Notes: a model not told the origin generated them from the sequence alone. Positions 19,378-29,121 are shown, counted from the first letter of the stretch. The stretch is 64,000 bases of DNA from Flavobacteriaceae bacterium UBA7684 (GCA_002482885.1 DLGW01000019.1:6111-70110); one strand, 5' to 3'. A program made the numbers and translations.

Positions 19378-20246
19378 ATTTTCATAGGAACTTCCATTAA
19401 TAAAACTTCTGCATCGCTATCTGCCAAAATCTCAAAGTTTTCGGTATTCCAAATGCCTAAACCATCGCGGGTATTTACTGCTACTCCGTTAATGGTAAGG
19501 TCTCCTTTAATTATAAAAAAGTATACTCCATTTCCTTCTGATTTTAATTGGTAAGGCACAGAAGTTCCTTTAGATAAATTACCCAAATGAAACCAAGCGT
19601 TTTGATGAATCCAAACTCCGGCGTCATCTGCATTAGGCGATAGAATTTGTTGTAATCGATTGATTCTATCTTCTGGATTCAAGCGAATTTGGTCGTATCG
19701 GGGTGTTACATTTTTTTTGTTTGGAAAAAGCCATATTTGTAACAATTTGGTGCGTTGGTCTTTGTTGGGGTTAAATTCGCTGTGGGTTACTCCGCTACCA
19801 GCACTCATGACTTGAATTTCTCCGTTTTTAATGGTAGCCACATTTCCCATACTGTCTTTATGAGCCAAATCGCCTTCTAAAGGAATGGTAATGATTTCCA
19901 TGTTGTCATGTGGATGGGTTCCAAATCCCATTCCGCCCGCAATGGTATCGTCATTTAAAACTCTTAGTACACCAAAGTGAACCCTTTCCGGATTGTAGTA
20001 ATTGGCAAAACTAAAAGTGTGGTAAGCATTTAACCAGCCGTGATCGGCGTGTCCTCGGGTGTCTGCTTTGTGTAAAACCATGTTGTCCATAATGAATGAA
20101 TCTGTGTTTTTAATGTGATTAAATCCGATGAATTGGTTTGCTGGAATTGGTTCTGTTTGAGCGCTCAAATCAGTTCCTACCTTATTCCATGAAAATAAGA
20201 AAGAAAATCCTAAAAAGCCTTTTGTTAAAAAATCTTTTCTGTTCAT
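19374..20246 (-). CDS. Pirin family protein (YhhW-like) with Tat-like N-terminal extension
   Basis: RGHADHGWL..HTFSFA..GFGTHPHDNMEI..HSEFN. Confidence 0.93.
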   Translation of the reverse strand: MNRKDFLTKGFLGFSFLFSWNKVGTDLSAQTEPIPANQFIGFNHIKNTDSFIMDNMVLHKADTRGHADHGWLNAYHTFSFANYYNPERVHFGVLRVLNDDTIAGGMGFGTHPHDNMEIITIPLEGDLAHKDSMGNVATIKNGEIQVMSAGSGVTHSEFNPNKDQRTKLLQIWLFPNKKNVTPRYDQIRLNPEDRINRLQQILSPNADDAGVWIHQNAWFHLGNLSKGTSVPYQLKSEGNGVYFFIIKGDLTINGVAVNTRDGLGIWNTENFEILADSDAEVLLMEVPMKI

Positions 20247-20417
20247 TGGTTTCTGTTTTTCAATTGTGTCACAAATTTAAAAGTTAAAATCAAGAAAGTT
20301 TTGCTGGTATAATCAAAAAGTCTGATAATGGAATAGCTGACGGTAAAAATGTCAAGATGTCATATTTAAAATCAAGACAAAGGAATACAACTGCCAATTT
20401 AATCGGGTTTTTAGCCA

Positions 20418-20433
20418 TGGCATAGTGATTGAC
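20418..20433 (+). promoter_or_regulatory. Possible sigma54-like -24/-12 element upstream of dnaK
   Basis: TGGCATAGTGATTGAC compared with consensus TGGCACG-N4-TTGC. Confidence 0.4.
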
Positions 20434-20479
20434 TTTTGGAAGAAAAAAAGAATTTACAAACACAAAACAATACAAAATT

Positions 20480-22375
20480 ATGGGCAAAATAATCGGAATC
20501 GACTTAGGAACAACTAACTCATGCGTTTCTGTAATGGAGGGTAGTGAGCCAGTAGTAATTCCAAACGCCGAAGGTAAAAGAACCACCCCTTCAGTAATCG
20601 GATTTGTTGAAGGCGGAGAAATTAAAGTAGGAGATCCAGCTAAACGTCAGGCAGTAACTAATCCAACAAAAACCATTAGTTCTATCAAACGTTTCATGGG
20701 ACACACTTATGCTGAAACGCAAGAAGAGGCAAAAAGAGTTCCTTACAGTGTAGTAAAAGGTGACAACAATACGCCACGTGTAGATATTGACGGCCGTTTA
20801 TACACTGCACAAGAATTATCAGCGATGACCCTTCAAAAAATGAAGAAAACCGCTGAAGACTATTTAGGACAAACAGTAACCGAAGCAGTTATTACTGTTC
20901 CAGCATATTTTAACGATGCACAACGTCAGGCCACTAAAGAAGCTGGTGAAATTGCAGGTTTAAAAGTAATGCGTATCATCAATGAGCCTACAGCAGCAGC
21001 TTTGGCTTACGGATTGGATAAAAAAGGTCATGATCAAAAAATTGCTGTTTACGATTTAGGTGGAGGTACTTTTGATATTTCTATCCTAGAATTAGGAGAC
21101 GGAGTCTTTGAAGTATTGTCAACTAACGGGGATACACACTTAGGAGGAGATGATTTTGACCAAGTAATTATTGATTGGTTGGCCAATGAATTTAAAGCAG
21201 AAGAAGGAGTGGATTTACGTTTAGACCCAATGTCTTTACAACGTATCAAAGAAGCTGCGGAAAAAGCAAAAATCGAGTTGTCATCTTCTGCAGAAACAGA
21301 AATCAACTTGCCTTACGTTACAGCAACAGCTTCTGGACCTAAACACTTAGTTAAAAAATTATCAAGAGCTAAATTTGAACAATTAGCAGATTCTTTAGTA
21401 AAACGTTCTATGGAACCAGTAGCTAAAGCATTAAAAGATGCTGGTTTATCAAAATCAGATATTGATGAGGTAATTTTAGTAGGAGGTTCAACTCGTATTC
21501 CAATCATTCAAGAAGAAGTTGAAAAATTCTTTGGTAAAAAACCATCAAAAGGAGTAAATCCAGATGAGGTAGTAGCTATTGGAGCAGCGATTCAAGGTGG
21601 AGTATTATCAGGAGACGTAAAAGATGTATTGTTATTAGACGTAACTCCGTTATCATTAGGTATTGAAACAATGGGTGGCGTATTGACTAAATTAATTGAG
21701 TCTAATACAACCATTCCAACCAAAAAATCACAAGTATTTTCAACGGCTGCGGATAACCAACCAAGTGTTGAAATCCATGTGTTGCAAGGAGAAAGACCTA
21801 TGGCAGCCGACAACAAAACCATTGGTCGTTTCCATTTAGATGGAATTCCACCAGCTCAAAGAGGAGTGCCACAAATCGAGGTAACTTTTGATATTGATGC
21901 TAACGGTATTATTAAAGTATCAGCTACAGATAAAGGAACTGGTAAGTCGCATGACATTCGTATCGAAGCTTCTTCGGGCTTAACTGCAGAAGAAATCGAA
22001 AGAATGAAAAAAGATGCAGAAGCCAATGCTGAGTCTGATAAATTAGCGAAAGAAAAAGCTGAAAAATTAAATGAAGCAGACAGCATGATTTTCCAAACAG
22101 AAAAACAATTATCTGAATTCGGAGATAAATTATCAGAAGGCAACAAATCAATCATCAATAGTGCTTTAGAAGATTTGAAAAAAGCTTACGAAACTAAAGA
22201 TGTGGCAACTATTCAACCTGCGTTAGATAAAATTAACGAGGCTTGGAAAAATGCTTCTGAGGAAATGTACAAAGCTACCGAAGGTGGAGCAGCTGGTGCT
22301 GATGCAGGTCAACAACCACAAGGGCAAGCCCAAGGAGATAATGTTCAAGATGTAGATTACGAAGAAGTAAAATAA
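20480..22375 (+). CDS. dnaK: Chaperone DnaK
   Basis: [29 protein letters not shown]; ATG at 20480. Confidence 0.99.
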   Translation: MGKIIGIDLGTTNSCVSVMEGSEPVVIPNAEGKRTTPSVIGFVEGGEIKVGDPAKRQAVTNPTKTISSIKRFMGHTYAETQEEAKRVPYSVVKGDNNTPRVDIDGRLYTAQELSAMTLQKMKKTAEDYLGQTVTEAVITVPAYFNDAQRQATKEAGEIAGLKVMRIINEPTAAALAYGLDKKGHDQKIAVYDLGGGTFDISILELGDGVFEVLSTNGDTHLGGDDFDQVIIDWLANEFKAEEGVDLRLDPMSLQRIKEAAEKAKIELSSSAETEINLPYVTATASGPKHLVKKLSRAKFEQLADSLVKRSMEPVAKALKDAGLSKSDIDEVILVGGSTRIPIIQEEVEKFFGKKPSKGVNPDEVVAIGAAIQGGVLSGDVKDVLLLDVTPLSLGIETMGGVLTKLIESNTTIPTKKSQVFSTAADNQPSVEIHVLQGERPMAADNKTIGRFHLDGIPPAQRGVPQIEVTFDIDANGIIKVSATDKGTGKSHDIRIEASSGLTAEEIERMKKDAEANAESDKLAKEKAEKLNEADSMIFQTEKQLSEFGDKLSEGNKSIINSALEDLKKAYETKDVATIQPALDKINEAWKNASEEMYKATEGGAAGADAGQQPQGQAQGDNVQDVDYEEVK

Positions 22376-22394
22376 TTCAGAACAAATCATAGCT

Positions 22395-22428
22395 AAAAAG
22401 GCGGTCATTTTAAATGACCGCCTTTTTT
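22395..22428. terminator. Bidirectional intrinsic terminator
   Basis: AAAAAGGCGGTCATTT-t-AAATGACCGCCTTTTTT between convergent genes. Confidence 0.9.
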
Positions 22429-22429
22429 G

Positions 22430-22906
22430 TTAAGGCATTTTTTCAATGCACTTTAAATACGCTTGATATTTTTCTGGTTTTTGAACCACAAAACTAATTT
22501 TGTGTAAAACCACATCGGTAATAAGATTATTTTTTAGTAATTCTCGATCGGCATCTTCCAAAACAAAATGCACATAATGCTCAAATTCTTTATCATCGGT
22601 GATCCTTATCGAAACTTTTAAGTGTTTGTGAATTCTTATTCCGTTTTCTAATAAAATCGTGGCGCCGTATCCGGCTTCCTTTAAGCGTTCAATTTTTTTT
22701 AGGTGTACCATATAAATGGGTTTGCCTTTTTTCATAAATCGGCTAAAAACAATTTCGTTTGTTGGCGGGCTTTTGTATACAACGCTTTTATTAAAGTCTT
22801 TTTCTTGAACGATTTTAGCGCAGTATAAGGCCAAATCATCTTCTTGTGCTTGAAGTGTGGGTGCAGATATCCACAAAAGCAATAGTACAAGTATTCCTTT
22901 TTTCAT
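22430..22906 (-). CDS. Secreted hypothetical protein
   Basis: Sec signal MKKGILVLLLLWISAPTLQA; no family recognised. Confidence 0.7.
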   Translation of the reverse strand: MKKGILVLLLLWISAPTLQAQEDDLALYCAKIVQEKDFNKSVVYKSPPTNEIVFSRFMKKGKPIYMVHLKKIERLKEAGYGATILLENGIRIHKHLKVSIRITDDKEFEHYVHFVLEDADRELLKNNLITDVVLHKISFVVQKPEKYQAYLKCIEKMP

Positions 22907-22979
22907 GTATTCTTTTGAGTTTAGTAAGTCTTAGCTTTTGTGAAAATATTAAAAGCTAAAGTTTAATCAAAGAAAAATT

Positions 22980-25283
22980 TTAGAATTCGTAACTCACACC
23001 CATAATAAAATTAATGCCCTTTTCGTCAGAAAAATAACGAAGACGATTTAAATAATCCCGATAAGTGGTGTTCAGCATATTTTCAACTCTAAGATTCCAT
23101 TTTAAAACGGATTGTTTCAGTTGGTATTGGGTAGTCAATTGTGTGCCTAATAAAAAGTAAGCAGGGGGTGGGGGTAAAAAATCTTGCGAAAGCAATAGGT
23201 GGTTTTGCCTAAAAACATATTGTCCGTTAAGGGTTGCGGTGCTGTTTTTCCAATGAATTTTATCGGATAGCCTAAAGCTTATGCTTCCGAATAACTTTTG
23301 TGCAGGAATCCCTATTAATGGAGTTTTATTTTGGGTATCATCTCCTTTTATATAAGCGTGTCTAAGATTGAGTTTTAAACTTTCAGTAGGTTCATACATG
23401 ATCATTACATCATTTCCTATGATTCTGGCGTTGGTTTGTTGGTAGCTAAAAACAGGAAAAGCACCGCGAATGGTATTTCTGAATTCATTTTCGGGTTGTA
23501 AATAAATATAATCGTTAATGTTTTGAACGTACGGCGCTACTTGAATAAATAAGTGGTTGTTGATTTTAATATCGGTAGTGCCTATGATTTTAAAGACGTG
23601 TTCTTGTTTTAGGTTTTTGTTACCTTCTTCAATGCCGCTAATTCCTTGATGCAAGCCATTGCTATGTAACTCGTTAATTTCTGGGGAACGTGAAACCCAG
23701 CCTATATTCAAGCTGTTTTTAATATGTTCTGTAGTAAAATGTTTGATTCCGCCACTAAAGCTAAGGTTATGAAATTGGTGATTAAAACGTTCTATGTTCC
23801 TGTTTTCTCTGGAAATACTAACTACATTAAAATGTTTAAAATCATAACGAGTTCCATATTCAAAAAACCAATTATTTTTTTGTTGTTGGAAAATTCCAAA
23901 AATTCCTGATTGTATGGAATTGTAGTCTGGAATTAAGGGTAAAATTCCTGTTTCTGGGTTGTTGCTGTTGTCTATTAATTGATTTTGAATACCCGTTTTT
24001 ATAGATTTTTTATCATTCAATTGAAAAGTAAATAGACCTTCTATGGTATGCTGGGTTTGCAATAAACTTAAAGCCGGAATATCACTACGACCGCTTCTGC
24101 GGACATCAAATTCTTTTCGGTTATTGATTTGGTTGGCGTAAACGAATTCTGCAGAAATTTTATCTGAAAAAGTATAATTGTTTTTCCATTTTAATAAATG
24201 ATGACTTACTTTTTGTTTGGGAGCATTTATGGAATAAGAAAAATTATCTTGTGTAAAGTAGGGTTTAGGTGCACGAATAGCTTGTTGTAAGTCTTCGGAA
24301 TTTCCGATGTGTGAACCTCTTAAAATTCCGTTTTCGGTATTAAATAAACTATAATACAGGTTAGATTTCCACTTTTCTGAAAAATGACTTTCTAATTGAA
24401 TAGCCCCATTGATTTCTTTTTTACCCGTATTGGTTAAATAATAATCAGGGGTATGTGTATCTCCACTTTGTTTAAAAGTGCCTAAAGTACGCCACGAAAA
24501 TCCTTTTGATTTTTTTTCGAGTTGTAAATTAGCGGTATGCCCCCTGCCATTACTTTCGGTAATATAATGTGTTTGCCCGTGTAGATGGGGCTCGTTGTCT
24601 AATTCTTTAGGTTCAATTAAAACAATTCCACCTAAAGAACCGCCCGAATAAGCTAAGGCACCCGTTCCTTTAATTACGGATATGTGATGTGCTACAAAAG
24701 GATCAATCTCTGGCGCATGATCATTACCCCACTGTTGTCCGCTTTGAACAATTCCATTATTTACAATTCCGATTCGATTTCCGGTTAATCCATGAATCAC
24801 AGGTTTACTAATTCCAGAACCATTTTTTATAGACTGAACACCTGTAATTTCTTCTAATAAATCTGCAAGATTTTTGTTCCCTTTTAAAACAATTTCTTCT
24901 TTTTTAATGGCTTGGCTAGACTGTGTAGTGTTGTTTTGTTTTTCGCCATGAATAATTACTTCGTCAATTAATTCTGCATGATGATGTAATATCTTAGAAA
25001 AAGTAATTGATTCCGTAACGGGTAAAAAGACTTTAAGTGTTTCGCATCCAATATGACTGATGCGGATGTGGTAGTTTCCCGAACAAATATGGTGGATTTC
25101 GTAGAATCCCAATTCATTAGTAAAGCCACCTATTTGAAGTTCTTCAATAAAAATATGCACGTTTACCAAAGGTTTTTGCGTGCTTTCGTCGGTAATGTAA
25201 CCCGATATAGAAAACGAACAAGGCTGTGCCCATAAAGGTACAGCCCATAATAGTCCTAATAATATTTTAAATAGTTTATTCAA
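22980..25283 (-). CDS. TonB-dependent receptor, probably for a divalent metal
   Basis: Carboxypeptidase-regulatory-like N-domain, plug ISKPVIHG..QQWGNDHAPEIDPF, NGLHQG, C-terminal YEF. Confidence 0.92.
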   Translation of the reverse strand: MNKLFKILLGLLWAVPLWAQPCSFSISGYITDESTQKPLVNVHIFIEELQIGGFTNELGFYEIHHICSGNYHIRISHIGCETLKVFLPVTESITFSKILHHHAELIDEVIIHGEKQNNTTQSSQAIKKEEIVLKGNKNLADLLEEITGVQSIKNGSGISKPVIHGLTGNRIGIVNNGIVQSGQQWGNDHAPEIDPFVAHHISVIKGTGALAYSGGSLGGIVLIEPKELDNEPHLHGQTHYITESNGRGHTANLQLEKKSKGFSWRTLGTFKQSGDTHTPDYYLTNTGKKEINGAIQLESHFSEKWKSNLYYSLFNTENGILRGSHIGNSEDLQQAIRAPKPYFTQDNFSYSINAPKQKVSHHLLKWKNNYTFSDKISAEFVYANQINNRKEFDVRRSGRSDIPALSLLQTQHTIEGLFTFQLNDKKSIKTGIQNQLIDNSNNPETGILPLIPDYNSIQSGIFGIFQQQKNNWFFEYGTRYDFKHFNVVSISRENRNIERFNHQFHNLSFSGGIKHFTTEHIKNSLNIGWVSRSPEINELHSNGLHQGISGIEEGNKNLKQEHVFKIIGTTDIKINNHLFIQVAPYVQNINDYIYLQPENEFRNTIRGAFPVFSYQQTNARIIGNDVMIMYEPTESLKLNLRHAYIKGDDTQNKTPLIGIPAQKLFGSISFRLSDKIHWKNSTATLNGQYVFRQNHLLLSQDFLPPPPAYFLLGTQLTTQYQLKQSVLKWNLRVENMLNTTYRDYLNRLRYFSDEKGINFIMGVSYEF

Positions 25284-25827
25284 TGGTTACGTTAAATGTG
25301 GCTTGAATATCTGTTTCTCCGCCCGCATTGTCTAATTTTCCATCAGAAACACCGCTGGCTGATTTGTTGGGTTCGTGCTTCAAAATTACGGTCAAATTTC
25401 CATTTGATGCCTCAAAAGTTTGAAATTTCATTTGTAAGCCGATGGGGAAATTTTTGCTGTCTTTGTCTGTATACGTAGCCGCTAATTTTAAACTGGAATC
25501 CACATTATAAAATAATTGATGCGCATCACTTTCTTCTTCAACTTCTTTAGTGATGTTGTGTGCCGGACTTTCTAGTTCATTTAATAAACTAATTTTTGTG
25601 GTATAAGTGGTATTGGGTTTTAATTTTCCATTGGTGATTTCAGGAGCTTTAGCACCATCGCCATCCAAATCTTTAAATATAAATTCTACAGGACTTCCGC
25701 CGTCAGTTGGGGTAAAAATTAATTTTACAGTAGTGATTAATTCTTCTTCATGTGGAACATGTGGATCGTCTTTTTCGCAACCAACCGTAAATAGAAAAAT
25801 GCCGAATAACAGGAATAAATGTTTCAT
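25276..25827 (-). CDS. Surface lipoprotein partner of the TonB-dependent receptor, His/Glu-rich
   Basis: Lipobox VGC-EKDD; HVPHEEELITTV, DLDGDG, SDAHQLFY, LKHEPNK, GGETD; ATG at 25827. Confidence 0.82.
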   Translation of the reverse strand: MKHLFLLFGIFLFTVGCEKDDPHVPHEEELITTVKLIFTPTDGGSPVEFIFKDLDGDGAKAPEITNGKLKPNTTYTTKISLLNELESPAHNITKEVEEESDAHQLFYNVDSSLKLAATYTDKDSKNFPIGLQMKFQTFEASNGNLTVILKHEPNKSASGVSDGKLDNAGGETDIQATFNVTIE

Positions 25828-25843
25828 TATTAATAAGGTTTTA

Positions 25844-25901
25844 TAAATTTGTAACACTGTTGCAAATTTAAAACAAAATTACAATTACGCAACATTGTTG
25901 C
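25844..25901. promoter_or_regulatory. Two palindromic operators, putative Zur/Fur-family boxes
   Basis: TAAATTTGTAACA-C-TGTTGCAAATTTA (25844-25870) and GCAACA-T-TGTTGC (25889-25901) in the divergent intergenic region. Confidence 0.7.
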
Positions 25902-25909
25902 ATTTTTTT

Positions 25910-26293
25910 ATGAAAGAAATTAAAACAGGCTCCAAAGCCCATATTTTACAACTAATTAGTCAATCCGAAACGGCATTGTCACATCACGATTTACAACAAA
26001 TCATAGGTGATGCTAAAAACCGAGTTACGATTTATCGTATTTTGGATAAATTAGTAGAAGAGGGGGCGGTTCATAAAGTGATAGATACCGACGGTATTTC
26101 AAAGTTTGCGGCTTGTCATCAATGTTCTCATACGCATCATGTACATAATCATGTGCATTTTAGTTGTACCCAATGTCATGAAGTAACCTGTCTAGAAGAT
26201 TTGATACCTTCTTTTGAAATCCCTAAAAATTACACCGTTTTAGAATCTAATTTTGTATTGTCTGGGATATGTCCAGCGTGTAAGAAGCTTTGA
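25910..26293 (+). CDS. Fur family metalloregulator (Zur-like)
   Basis: RVTIYRIL, His-rich HTHHVHNHVHFSCTQC, C-terminal CPAC; ATG at 25910. Confidence 0.92.
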   Translation: MKEIKTGSKAHILQLISQSETALSHHDLQQIIGDAKNRVTIYRILDKLVEEGAVHKVIDTDGISKFAACHQCSHTHHVHNHVHFSCTQCHEVTCLEDLIPSFEIPKNYTVLESNFVLSGICPACKKL

Positions 26294-26401
26294 GTTTTTT
26301 TGTTTCAAGTTTAAAATTCACAATTCACAACTCACCATTCATATCAAAATCAACTATTTTTGACAATCAAAAACCCAACACCTAAAACCAGATTAAATTA
26401 A

Positions 26402-28576
26402 ATGCACATCATTCCAAAAACCTTACAAGATTTACAATTTAAAACGGTGGTAGAAACGATTGCCGAAGGTTGCGTAACTGATTTAGGCAAAGAATTTGTG
26501 TTGCAGTTGGTGCCTTTTAAGGAAAAAGAAGCTTTATGGGTTAATTTACAACACACTACTGAATTTTTATCATCTTACGAGAACGGAAATGCTTTTCCGA
26601 GTCATGGATTTGACAATATTAATCAAGAACTTCGATTTTTAGGGTTAGAAAATAGTGTGTTGGAACTTTCGGGTTTTAGAAGAATTGCTTCTTTAACCGA
26701 AAAATCCATCACTTTGTTATTGTTTTTACAAAAGAATGTGGAATACTATCCGGTGTTATCAGAATACGGACAAAGCTTTGCGGTTAAAAAAGAAATACTG
26801 GTTTACATCCATGCCATTATAGATAAGTTCGGAGAAGTTAAAGACGACGCTTCGCCTGAATTACATCGAATCCGAAAAACTCTAAAAGGCATTACAGGTA
26901 AAATCAATCAAAGTTTTACTGCGGCCTTATCTACTTATAATGGTTTAGGATATTTGGATGAAATCAAAGAAAGCGTAGTCGAAAATCGCCGAGTATTGGC
27001 GGTGTTGGCGATGTACCGCAGAAAAGTCAAAGGTCAATTTTTGGGTAGTTCTAAAACAGGAAGCATTGCTTTTATAGAACCCGAACAAACGTTGAATTAC
27101 ACCAGAGAACTCAACAGTTTATTGTACGAAGAAAAAGAAGAACTGGAAAGAATCCTAAAACAATTGACTGAACAAATCAGACCCTTTGCCGAAGATTTAG
27201 CTGTTTATCAAACCTTTTTAACTTACATCGATTCTTTATACGCGAAAGCTAAGTACGCTCAAAAAATAAAAGGCGTTTTGCCTACCATTACCGAAGAACG
27301 TCGGTTGTATCTGAAAGACGCGTATCATCCCATATTGTGGCTAACCAATCAACAAAAAAACGAAGCGGTTTATCCGCAAACCATAGAACTGCATTCCGAA
27401 AACAGAATCATCGTTATCTCAGGCCCTAACGCAGGCGGAAAAAGCATCACGCTAAAAACTATCGGATTGTTACAACTCATGTTACAATCGGGTATTTTAA
27501 TACCCGTGCATCCTGCCAGCGAAACCTGTTTATTCGACCGTATTTTAACCGATATCGGTGATAATCAATCCATAGAAAATCATTTAAGCACCTACAGTTA
27601 CCGCTTAAAAAACATGAATTATTTCTTAAAAAAGTGCAGTAACAAAACCTTATTTTTAATTGATGAATTTGGAACAGGTAGCGATCCCGAATTAGGAGGA
27701 GCCTTAGCTGAAACTTTTTTAGAAGAATTTTATCATCGGGAAGCTTTTGGGATTATCACCACTCATTACTCTAATCTGAAAATATTGGCCAACGAATTAC
27801 CTTTTGCGACTAATGCCAATATGATGTTTGACGAACGTTCGTTGCAACCATTATATAAATTACACTTGGGGCAGGCGGGAAGTTCTTTTACTTTTGAAGT
27901 GGCTCAAAAAAACGGAATTCCTTTTGGCTTAATTAATCGAGCCAAAAAGAAAATAGAAAAAGGCAAAGTGCGTTTTGACAAAACCATTGCCAGCATGCAA
28001 AAAGAGCAATCTAAATTAGAAAAATCTGCGCAATCGTTAAAAGAAGAAGAACGCAAAGCCCGTGAAGAAAGTTTGAAAATGGAAACCATCAATACCAAAA
28101 TCAAACAAAAATTAGAAAGTTATCAAGAACTATATGACGCCAATCAACGCTTAATTTATATTGGTCAAAAAGTAGAAGACTGGTCAGAAAAATATTTCAA
28201 TACCAAAAATAAAAAAGAACTTATCGGGGAATTTTTAAAACTAGTGGAAATCGAAAATTCTAAACGCAAAAAAGCCGAACCTAAAGAGAAAAAAGTTCAA
28301 GAAGCACAAAAAAAAGAAATCATACAAGAACTAGAAGTTCAAGTAGCTGAAATCCGAAAAGAAAAGAAAGAGAAAAAACTCAAAGAAAAAATTGTAGAAG
28401 AAAAACCCAAACTACAACCCAAAATTGGCGACCGCGTGCGCATGATAGATGGTAAAGCCGTAGGGGTTTTAGACGCCATAGAAAAAGGTAAAGCCGTCGT
28501 GAATTACGGTATGTTTACCAGCAAAGTAGATTTAGAATCTTTAGAATTAGTAGAAGCTAAAAAAATCAAAAAATAA
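26402..28576 (+). CDS. mutS2: MutS2 family protein without a C-terminal Smr domain
   Basis: GPNAGGKS, DIGDNQSIENHLSTYS, LIDEFGTGSDP, ITTHY, coiled coil, terminal KOW-like domain. Confidence 0.9.
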   Translation: MHIIPKTLQDLQFKTVVETIAEGCVTDLGKEFVLQLVPFKEKEALWVNLQHTTEFLSSYENGNAFPSHGFDNINQELRFLGLENSVLELSGFRRIASLTEKSITLLLFLQKNVEYYPVLSEYGQSFAVKKEILVYIHAIIDKFGEVKDDASPELHRIRKTLKGITGKINQSFTAALSTYNGLGYLDEIKESVVENRRVLAVLAMYRRKVKGQFLGSSKTGSIAFIEPEQTLNYTRELNSLLYEEKEELERILKQLTEQIRPFAEDLAVYQTFLTYIDSLYAKAKYAQKIKGVLPTITEERRLYLKDAYHPILWLTNQQKNEAVYPQTIELHSENRIIVISGPNAGGKSITLKTIGLLQLMLQSGILIPVHPASETCLFDRILTDIGDNQSIENHLSTYSYRLKNMNYFLKKCSNKTLFLIDEFGTGSDPELGGALAETFLEEFYHREAFGIITTHYSNLKILANELPFATNANMMFDERSLQPLYKLHLGQAGSSFTFEVAQKNGIPFGLINRAKKKIEKGKVRFDKTIASMQKEQSKLEKSAQSLKEEERKAREESLKMETINTKIKQKLESYQELYDANQRLIYIGQKVEDWSEKYFNTKNKKELIGEFLKLVEIENSKRKKAEPKEKKVQEAQKKEIIQELEVQVAEIRKEKKEKKLKEKIVEEKPKLQPKIGDRVRMIDGKAVGVLDAIEKGKAVVNYGMFTSKVDLESLELVEAKKIKK

Positions 28577-28992
28577 TGACAGAGCAACTCCCAAAAGGCA
28601 AAAAAATCATCTTGTTTGACGGCGTATGTAATCTGTGCGACAACTTTGTGCAATACGTAATCAAACACGACACCAAAGACCAATTTCGATTCGTATCCTT
28701 GCAATCCGACTTGGGCAAACAAATTTTAAATCACCTAAAAATAGATCCTACCAAAACCGACTCTGTAGTGTTTTATGAACCAGGTGTCGCGTATTTTTAC
28801 AAATCAGACGCCGTGTTAGAAATCGCTTGTTTTTTAGGCGGATTTTTTAATGTATTCACCCTTTTTAAAATTATACCCACCGCTTTACGCAACCCATTGT
28901 ACGATTACGTAGCCAAAAATCGCTATAAATGGTACGGCCAAAAACAGGAGTGTTTGGTGCCTACGTCTGAGTTAAAAGCTAAGTTTTTATAA
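28576..28992 (+). CDS. DCC family thiol-disulfide oxidoreductase (DUF393)
   Basis: ILFDGVCNLC, RFVSLQS, YDYVAKNRYKWYG. Confidence 0.93.
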   Translation: MTEQLPKGKKIILFDGVCNLCDNFVQYVIKHDTKDQFRFVSLQSDLGKQILNHLKIDPTKTDSVVFYEPGVAYFYKSDAVLEIACFLGGFFNVFTLFKIIPTALRNPLYDYVAKNRYKWYGQKQECLVPTSELKAKFL

Positions 28993-29077
28993 GAAGCTAT
29001 TTCCTGCTGTCCGCTGTATCTTTAAAAACGCTTTTCACAAAGCTTTTTTAAAGGATGCCGCTTCCATCAGGGCTAAA
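28993..29077 (-). ncRNA. Flavo-1-like structured RNA/repeat
   Basis: Minus strand AGCCCTGATGGAAGCGGCATCCTTT..AAAGATACAGCGGACAGCAGGAAATAGCT, matching my recollection of the Flavo-1 motif; pairing CCTG/CAGG and ATC-CTTTAAAAA/TTTTTAAAG-AT visible. Confidence 0.6.
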
Positions 29078-29121
29078 TTTAATTGTGAATGATGAATGGT
29101 AAATTATGAATTATGTCTAGC

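Noticed and set aside
28993-29077. CTGATG...GAAA on the minus strand suggesting a hammerhead ribozyme
   Set aside because: The core reads CUGAUGGA rather than CUGANGA, and I could not build stems I-III with a correctly placed NUH cleavage site.
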